A stretch of DNA of 42,580 nt, taken from the NCBI RefSeq assembly GCF_001194135.2, contig NC_068988.1:41270095-41312674 (forward strand), written 5' to 3'. Source of the stretch: Octopus bimaculoides. Taxonomy: Eukaryota. Made by a program: the position numbers and the translations under genes. This document shows, piece after piece, positions 35,050-42,580 of the stretch. The notes below the pieces were generated by a model. It had not been told where the DNA came from, ran no database searches, and saw only the letters and a list, made by a program, of their open reading frames with translations. Numbering within the stretch: position 1 is the stretch's first letter; each line of letters starts with the position of its first letter.

Positions 35050-37270
35050 ACAAAATTAGAACTGTAGAACTGTAGAGTTCATGCTGTGAAGTATCATCAA
35101 TCATAAAGAAATGTTGATTGTGGAGTAAAAGTTGACAAACAAATATAAAATACCTCGTCGAAAATGGAAAAATGTAACTTGTGAGAATACTAAAGCAAAA
35201 GTTCTATGTAAAGATATTTTGTCATATTTTATACAAATACATGTGGAAATTATTAAAGAACATCGTTTGCCCTTTTTTAGCAGCAACTGGTTCTTCAAAC
35301 AAACGTGCAACAAAGTGTTTCCTAATAATTCTTAGACATTTTAATTTTGAGAAGCGAGCGTAGTGTGTATTATTTAATTTTTACAGTAACAACAATGAAT
35401 CATCCGAGAAAATTGTAAATCAACTGCTAATGATACTTGAAACATCTGGTCTGGATCTGAATAAAATGTCTTCTGCATACACATAGTGTACAATGCAGGT
35501 GTAAACTATGAAAATCATAACAATGTTTATTGAACATTAAACGTTATTCTTGCAAAATTTTCTAGTACGAATTCTGAGAATCAGTTGAACCTGTGACTTT
35601 CATGATATTGATATGGATGAAAAAAGGGCCATAAATTTTGGAGAATTTTGAGACGCAGTTAAACCTGTAACCTTCGGAGAATTCTGAGACGCAGTTAAAC
35701 CTGTAACCTTCAAGTTATTCATATAGATAAATTATGCAATGAGTATGAGATTATCGAACCAATAATGTAACAAAATTTGTTGCAGGAAAATTGATATTTT
35801 ATGTTGAAAAGTGTACAATCATATCAGCATCTCAGCTAAAAGCACAGCACATTCAAAGAAATTCTGTGAATTCATCGATGTTGATAGTTGTAGTCTAATA
35901 TGCTTTGCTGTAACTAGATGGCTCTTTTTACCAACTATTGACAGAATACTTTAGTACAGAGAAGTTTTAGAAGGTTATTTTCCGAATGTACGCGAGGAAG
36001 AATGCCCTATTGTACTGTGAGAGTACTTTGGGAATAAAGGAAATACTTGTGAATTATCGAAGATTTATTTCTTTTGCCTGAGTTACTCGCGCTTAAATTG
36101 CTCTCAGACGCTATTGAAAAACTAGCAGCCAAGCCATTCAGCTTAATTTCAGTATTTAAACTAATGGCTGAACTGAAAAGCGAATTTTACTTCTGTGTGC
36201 GTGTATAGTTTTGCAGTGAGCAGCAAACTTTAGTTAGTTTTCACCTGATGTAGCTAAGGAATGAGAAACAGATTTTTATCGTTGTCTATGAAATAGCCAT
36301 AAACTACTTAAGCGATAGATATGATTTCTCTGGAAACAGCTTTCATAAGAAATCACCGAAACTTAGCTTAAACAATGGTCATAAATTTTGAAGAACTCTG
36401 AGACGCAGTTAAACATGTAACCTTCAAGATATTGATATGGACGAATTATACGAAGAGTGTGAGATTGTCAAAGCAATAATCAATACTCATTCCTGAGATG
36501 AAAAGTCATAGTGAAGAACGTTATCTTAGACTATTTGGTAAAACTGAGGTGCTTTTTACAAACCAAAAGGTAAGTTCTTTATCAGTTATGAGCAACCTGC
36601 CGCTTTCTGAATGGCACGCCTGACGAAAAGTTACCTTGAATTTATTCACAGTGTGGCCCATCTGATGATGAACCATGTCTCATGCAGCCCCTTTCTCGAA
36701 AAAGGTTACCTATGCCCAGGGCTTGATTAAGACGCATAGAGACCCTAATCACTTAAAAGATTTTGGTACTCAAAATAAAACTAACCGTAAAATAGAAAAT
36801 AATGCTTATTTTTGTATGCTTCCACTTCATTTATATTTGAAAAGTTTTCTCCTACTTTTTGTAATTGCAAAATTATTGATGAGATCCTAATTATGAGCAC
36901 TTAGAGATTATATTTCCATCATCATATCGAATATTATTTTAACAAGTTTTAAAGTGATTTCTTTTGTGCCGTACACCATTTACCATTTCTGTGGTGCTTC
37001 CTGCCCTTTATGCCTTAACCAACGTGCTCATTTTGTTTAATGATTAATCCAATGCTGCCTATGACTGATTTATATCTTCTCACATCGATGTCCACACTGA
37101 ACGAATTTTTTCAACTTGAAGAAACGAAGGAAACTATCTGCAAGCTGATTCAGTCGAAGTAGAGCATCAAATACGTAATAACTTCTTAGAAACGCCCAGT
37201 CGTGCACAAAAACTTTTTGTCCAATAGAAAACTCGAGGCGATGGTAAGTACGCAAATGATGAATATAAAT
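35050..37270 (+). pseudogene. Decayed hAT-type transposase
   Basis: Ordered motifs across frames: TCENTKAK (cf. SCGRTK), TGSSNKRATKCF, YNAGVNY (cf. DNASVNY), VYNHISISAK...VTRWL, DIDMDELYEE, and ERIFS...NYLQADSVEVE near 37105-37170. Many stops and frameshifts. Confidence 0.75.
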
Positions 37271-37482
37271 GAAGAGTGATGAAAGAAATTTTAGTTTACC
37301 CGCAGTGACCAGGATTATAAAGATATTCAAATCAATGAATTATTGAATAACAAAAACAGAACTGGAGAAAATATTTCATTAATGACTGAAAAGCGAGGTT
37401 TGCATGTGTGTGTTTGTGTGTGTGTGTGCGCGCGCGCGCGCGTGTGAGTGTATGTGCAAACATTTACACGTATATACATTTA

Positions 37483-38330
37483 CAGAGTGGCCCAAAAGTC
37501 ACAGAGGGGACTAAAAGTTTAATAAACCTGATTTAATTACGCTTTTTTATTTCTAATTCACAAAATGTGACTCTTCACTCCTACGTACAAATATTTCCTG
37601 TATATATATATATATCTTTCCCCCTCTCGTTCTTCCTTCTGTTACTACTATATCTCTCTCTTCCTCCCTGTCTCTCGTTGCNNNNNNNNNNGTATATATA
37701 TATATATCTTTCCCCCTCTCGTTCTTCCTTCTGTTACTACTATATCTCTCTCTTCCTCCCTGTCTCTCGTTGCTCACCTATTTTCTACTTCCTCCCCTTT
37801 TTTCTCCCACTATCACTCTTTCTCCTTACCCCTCGCTGGTCACATGTGTCCAGCTATTAATTCTTTTCTTCCTTGGCTATCGCCAAGCACGCATACGAAC
37901 CTACTTCGTCCCGCTTCCTTCCAGTTCGTTGCTTCACAGCGTTCAATATACGCATTATTTTTCACGTCTAGCCGTATAGCCTTTTCCGCTTGTTTTCCTG
38001 TCTTATTTTCTGTCCGCCACTACATTCCTCCATGGTACAAATTTAATTTGTGGTCCGTGGGAAGAGCCATTTTAACGATGCGTCCTGCCCTAACTCTTCG
38101 AAACGCCAGTGTTAGAATGGTGGCAGCTGATGAAGGAAAATGTTCTCTATGTGGCCTGTGTANNNNNNNNNNATATCCTGGCAACTAATATTTTTAGACC
38201 CTGTCCGCCACTGTATATATTCAAACTGTACGTGGTGCTAAATTATTGTAAATTTAAAACAGCATAAATGAATTATTAACATGTATATATTTGTGACTTT
38301 GGTACCACCCGTGACTTTTGGGCCACCCTG
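37483..38330. mobile_element. Inverted Tc1/mariner-type termini, possibly one non-autonomous element
   Basis: ta|cagagtggcccaaaagtcac and gtgacttttgggccaccctg|ca (20 bp, 1 mismatch). The interior has two N gaps, so a single element is not proven. Confidence 0.45.
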
Positions 38331-39384
38331 CACATATATATATATATATATATATACATACATACGTATATACGTACGTAGATAGATAGATAGATAGATG
38401 GATGGATGGATGGATGTATGTATGTATGTATGTATGTATGTGCGCGCGTGTGTATATGTATACTCACGATAGTATCGAAAAGTGAAAATTAGTACTCAAC
38501 ACCGCATTTGGTGGACAAATATTTATTTGTGGATTAACAAAGCGACCAACACTTGAAGGACTATCGAGAATTTTTTGCATGTAAAACCATTGGTTGCCTT
38601 GCTAATATCCACAAATAAAGCGTATGTGTGTTTATGTGTGAGAGAGAGAGGGGGAATGGGGGCTTTGATAAAACAAGCAAGATAAATAGAACTCAGTACA
38701 TGAGTACATATATTTTATTATTTTTAATCGGCAGTAATCACAAAATGACTCAAAACTTGAGAGTTTCGTTCATGACGCTTGATAAGATTTTATCATCTGC
38801 GAGACAGATGTGTCTATCAGCCAAGTTTATCACGAAGATCGCAGCACCTCATCATTTAGCAAGGAACTGTATTTAGTCGTCTTCTGCCTGGCGGGTATGG
38901 CGAATAAATTTTGCGTTGCTAGACGCTTTTGAAATGCTTGAGGACATGTTTTTTTCTTCCCAGGACAATCCCTCGTCAACTTGTTCAAGTACCACTTGAA
39001 GATGTGGGATATTCTCTTGTATATTTTATAAAAGATGGGTGATAACAACGAAATTGGCGTCGTTGAATGAACCTACAGTAAATACACGGCTATTGGCAGG
39101 CGACAAGATCTGGGAAAAAGCACTTACTTTTAATAGTATGATGTAATCCAGAATTATGTGTGAGGTGCTCGAATCAATCTGTGATCGCTCTTTCATTTGG
39201 AGAGCTTTTACTTGTTTTTATTTTTCCTTCTATACTATTAGTGTTATTTACTGGATTGGATTGGATTGGATTGCCTCAACATGCTCCACCAAACATGATC
39301 TGATGTGGAGGCCGTGAATCTGAACTCGCGATCTTACTTGTAGAAGAATGCAATTTTTATACTCATACCCAGGAGTAATTAAGT

Positions 39385-39775
39385 CGATCACATCAACTCC
39401 AGCGCTCAGCTGGTGTTTATTTTATCGACCCCAAAAGGATAAAAGGCAAAGTTAACCTCTTCGGAATTTGAACTCAGAACGTAAAGACAGACGAAATACT
39501 GCTAAGCTTTTCGCCCAGCGTGCTAACGATTCTGCCAGCTCTCCGCTTTATAGTGCTATTTATTCTTTTCTACTCTAGGCACAAGGCCCGAAATTTTGGG
39601 GGAGGGGCCAGTCGATTACATCGACCTCAGTACGCAACTAGTACTTAATTTATCGATCCCGAAAGGATAAAAGGCAAAGTCAACCTCAGCGGAATTTGAA
39701 CTCAAAACATAAAGACAGACAAAATGCCGCTAAGAATTTCTCCCGATGTGCTAACGATTCTGCCAGCTCTCCGCC
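39385..39775 (-). mobile_element. Two SINE family A copies in tandem
   Basis: Two sets of aaaggataaaaggcaaagt...ggaatttgaactca...ctgccagctctccgc. Confidence 0.85.
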
Positions 39776-40846
39776 TCTTAATGCTATTTATTAACGTCTA
39801 TATATTTTTTATCCTCACACTTTTTCTAGATGCAGCCCCTCACCACTGTTTCTTGTTTGCTGTTTTTCTCTATGTTTCGCCTTTGTGTTGACACCCGATG
39901 TCAGCTGCCCTTCTTGGTAAGTCTTGTAACCAGGAAATTTTTCATTACCCTTTGATCTTATTTCTCTTTTATACACATTTCATGTAAAGTCCCAACGATA
40001 CTATATCATGTCCATTTTTTGTACTATCCCTCTCTGCTTCGGGCCCATGTAACCACTAAAGAAATTACTATGATTTCGTTATATTCCGAGCAGTATATAT
40101 CAAAATTCATTTTTGTTCGACAGTGATGTACGTGAAAATATGTGGTTGTCTGGACCTTATATTTAGTATCATAAATATGCGTGTAGTCTTCTGAGTGCGA
40201 ATAACTTGTCTGTTCTCGAGTGTGCAATCGTTTCTTTTTCGATGTTGGTTCAATATACTTATCTGTGTGTAATGTGTATATGTGTATGTGCGTGTGAGTG
40301 TGTGCGTGTGCGTACACGCGCGTACGTGCGTGAGCGTATTTACATGTGTGTACGTGCACGCATGTGCTTATGTGTGTGTATGTATGTGTGCGTGCGTGAG
40401 TTTATATATGTGGTGTGTGAATATGTGTGTGCGAGTGTGTACGTGCGTGCGTGAGTGAGTTTATTTACATATGTGGCGTGTGAATATGTGTATGCGAGTG
40501 CGCGCGTACGTACGTGAGTTCATTTACATATGTGCGTGTGTGGGTGGGTGCGCAGACACCTATGATTATATGTGTACGGTAAACATAATGGAAATGTATG
40601 TATAACGAGAAAGTTGTTTAAATTACCGAAATCTAATGTAACTGGCGTCAAAGCAAAGTAAAATGAATAAGTTGTTTTAACATTCTTGTCTCGGACAGAT
40701 ATAAGAATTTCAGACAGCAAGGCTTTATATCAAGCATACCTAGACCATGATCATATCTGAAGAACTAAAGATGAAAACAAGTCGGTAATAAAGCTATTAT
40801 AAACATGAGATTGCTTGCTTTTTAATTAATATCGTTTATTTTTTAA

Positions 40847-41081
40847 GACGGCGAGCTTGGCAGAAACGTTAGCACGCCAGGCGAAATGCCTAGCCGTTAC
40901 GTTCTGAGTTCAAATTCCGACGAGGTCGACTTTGCCTTTCATCCTTTCGGGGTCGATAAATTAAGTACCAGTTACGCACTGGGGTCGATGTATCCGACTT
41001 AATCCCTTTGTCTGTCCTTGTTTGTCCCCTCTATGTTTAGCCCCTTGTGGGCAGTAAAGAAATAAGATACGTTAGCACGCC
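40847..41081 (+). mobile_element. SINE family A plus the start of a second tandem copy at the gap edge
   Basis: Full head-core-tail, then aagatacgttagcacgcc running into an N gap. Confidence 0.85.
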
Positions 41082-42149
41082 NNNNNNNNNNNNNNNNNNN
41101 NNNNNNNNNNNNNNNNNNNNNNNNNNNNNNNNNNNNNNNNNNNNNNNNNNNNNNNNNNNNNNNNNNNNNNNNNNNNNNNNNNNNNNNNNNNNNNNNNNNN
41201 NNNNNNNNNNNNNNNNNNNNNNNNNNNNNNNNNNNNNNNNNNNNNNNNNNNNNNNNNNNNNNNNNNNNNNNNNNNNNNNNNNNNNNNNNNNNNNNNNNNN
41301 NNNNNNNNNNNNNNNNNNNNNNNNNNNNNNNNNNNNNNNNNNNNNNNNNNNNNNNNNNNNNNNNNNNNNNNNNNNNNNNNNNNNNNNNNNNNNNNNNNNN
41401 NNNNNNNNNNNNNNNNNNNNNNNNNNNNNNNNNNNNNNNNNNNNNNNNNNNNNNNNNNNNNNNNNNNNNNNNNNNNNNNNNNNNNNNNNNNNNNNNNNNN
41501 NNNNNNNNNNNNNNNNNNNNNNNNNNNNNNNNNNNNNNNNNNNNNNNNNNNNNNNNNNNNNNNNNNNNNNNNNNNNNNNNNNNNNNNNNNNNNNNNNNNN
41601 NNNNNNNNNNNNNNNNNNNNNNNNNNNNNNNNNNNNNNNNNNNNNNNNNNNNNNNNNNNNNNNNNNNNNNNNNNNNNNNNNNNNNNNNNNNNNNNNNNNN
41701 NNNNNNNNNNNNNNNNNNNNNNNNNNNNNNNNNNNNNNNNNNNNNNNNNNNNNNNNNNNNNNNNNNNNNNNNNNNNNNNNNNNNNNNNNNNNNNNNNNNN
41801 NNNNNNNNNNNNNNNNNNNNNNNNNNNNNNNNNNNNNNNNNNNNNNNNNNNNNNNNNNNNNNNNNNNNNNNNNNNNNNNNNNNNNNNNNNNNNNNNNNNN
41901 NNNNNNNNNNNNNNNNNNNNNNNNNNNNNNNNNNNNNNNNNNNNNNNNNNNNNNNNNNNNNNNNNNNNNNNNNNNNNNNNNNNNNNNNNNNNNNNNNNNN
42001 NNNNNNNCAGTTAAAAACACATCAGAAAGAAGCACACTCTAAAAAATCTAGGGCAGTAGTTATTACAAAATTTTATATAGACGTACCCAGGGTTTCGCAC
42101 CCATAAAGCCAAAGCCTTGTGAGTAGTTTCTTTTTGCTTCGGGCTCATG

Positions 42150-42580
42150 TTATCGTTTGGTTTGGGTTTAAAAGTTCAAAGTGGACTAAACCTTCCATAT
42201 CCCACAAATAGCAGATAGCAACACCTTACGTAGGTGAAAACCTTCTTTAGCCTGGGGTTCCCTACCCACTGTTTTTGGCGCTTGACATTTTCGTAGAGAA
42301 CCCATTTTTCATCACCAGTCACTATCCGGTCCAAAAAATGGCTCATTCGTGAGATGTGGCAGCAATGAAGAGCACACATTCACTCTCTGCACACGATTAG
42401 ACTCGGAAAGTTTGTGAGGAACCCACTGACCCAATTTGCTGACTTTTCCGATAGTATGCAGGTGTCGATGAATAGTTGAATGACCAAATCCAAGCTTTTC
42501 TGCTGGTTCCTCAACAGTTAAGATGGGATTTTGCTCCACCAGGATTTGAAGGACGTCCTTATCGAGCTCTACAGATCTTC
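42150..42580 (-). pseudogene. Mariner (DD34D-type) transposase fragment running off the window
   Basis: STIHRHLHTIGKVSKLGQWVPHKLS and, after a frameshift, FLDRIVTGDEKWVLYEN. Confidence 0.9.

Noticed and set aside
36497-36575. Possible exon ending in a strong AAG/GTAAGT donor
   Set aside because: There is no good acceptor, no recognisable peptide and no partner exons, and it lies within a decayed hAT region.
37600-37772. About 80-bp exact direct repeat
   Set aside because: The copies flank a 10-N gap, which is typical of an unmerged contig overlap.
38700-39050. Protein-like minus-strand frame (IQENIPHLQVVLEQVDEGLSWEEK)
   Set aside because: It has in-frame stops, no clear splice sites and no recognisable family. 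A BLASTX hit would be needed.

Overview
Repeat-saturated, AT-rich intergenic or intronic DNA from a gapped draft animal assembly with many N runs. The SINE families and the very high microsatellite load suggest an octopus (inference from recognised repeat families, not verified). I find no intact host gene. Most listed ORFs are microsatellite or N-gap artefacts, and the rest are decayed transposon coding sequence: Tc1, mariner, maT/DD37D, two hAT types, CR1-like and R4/Dong-like LINEs. At least four tRNA-derived SINE families occur, labelled here A, B, D and E. The best candidate for a new system is at 19491-19952: a tRNA-headed SINE-like element (family E) whose 3' part is a minimal type I hammerhead ribozyme of the kind known from Penelope-like retroelements. 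It is inserted as a head-to-head dimer inside one exact 12-bp target-site duplication. The window also holds several fold-back palindromes, including an inverted duplication of a hAT transposase C-terminus. All alignments and translations were done by eye, so fragment boundaries are approximate.
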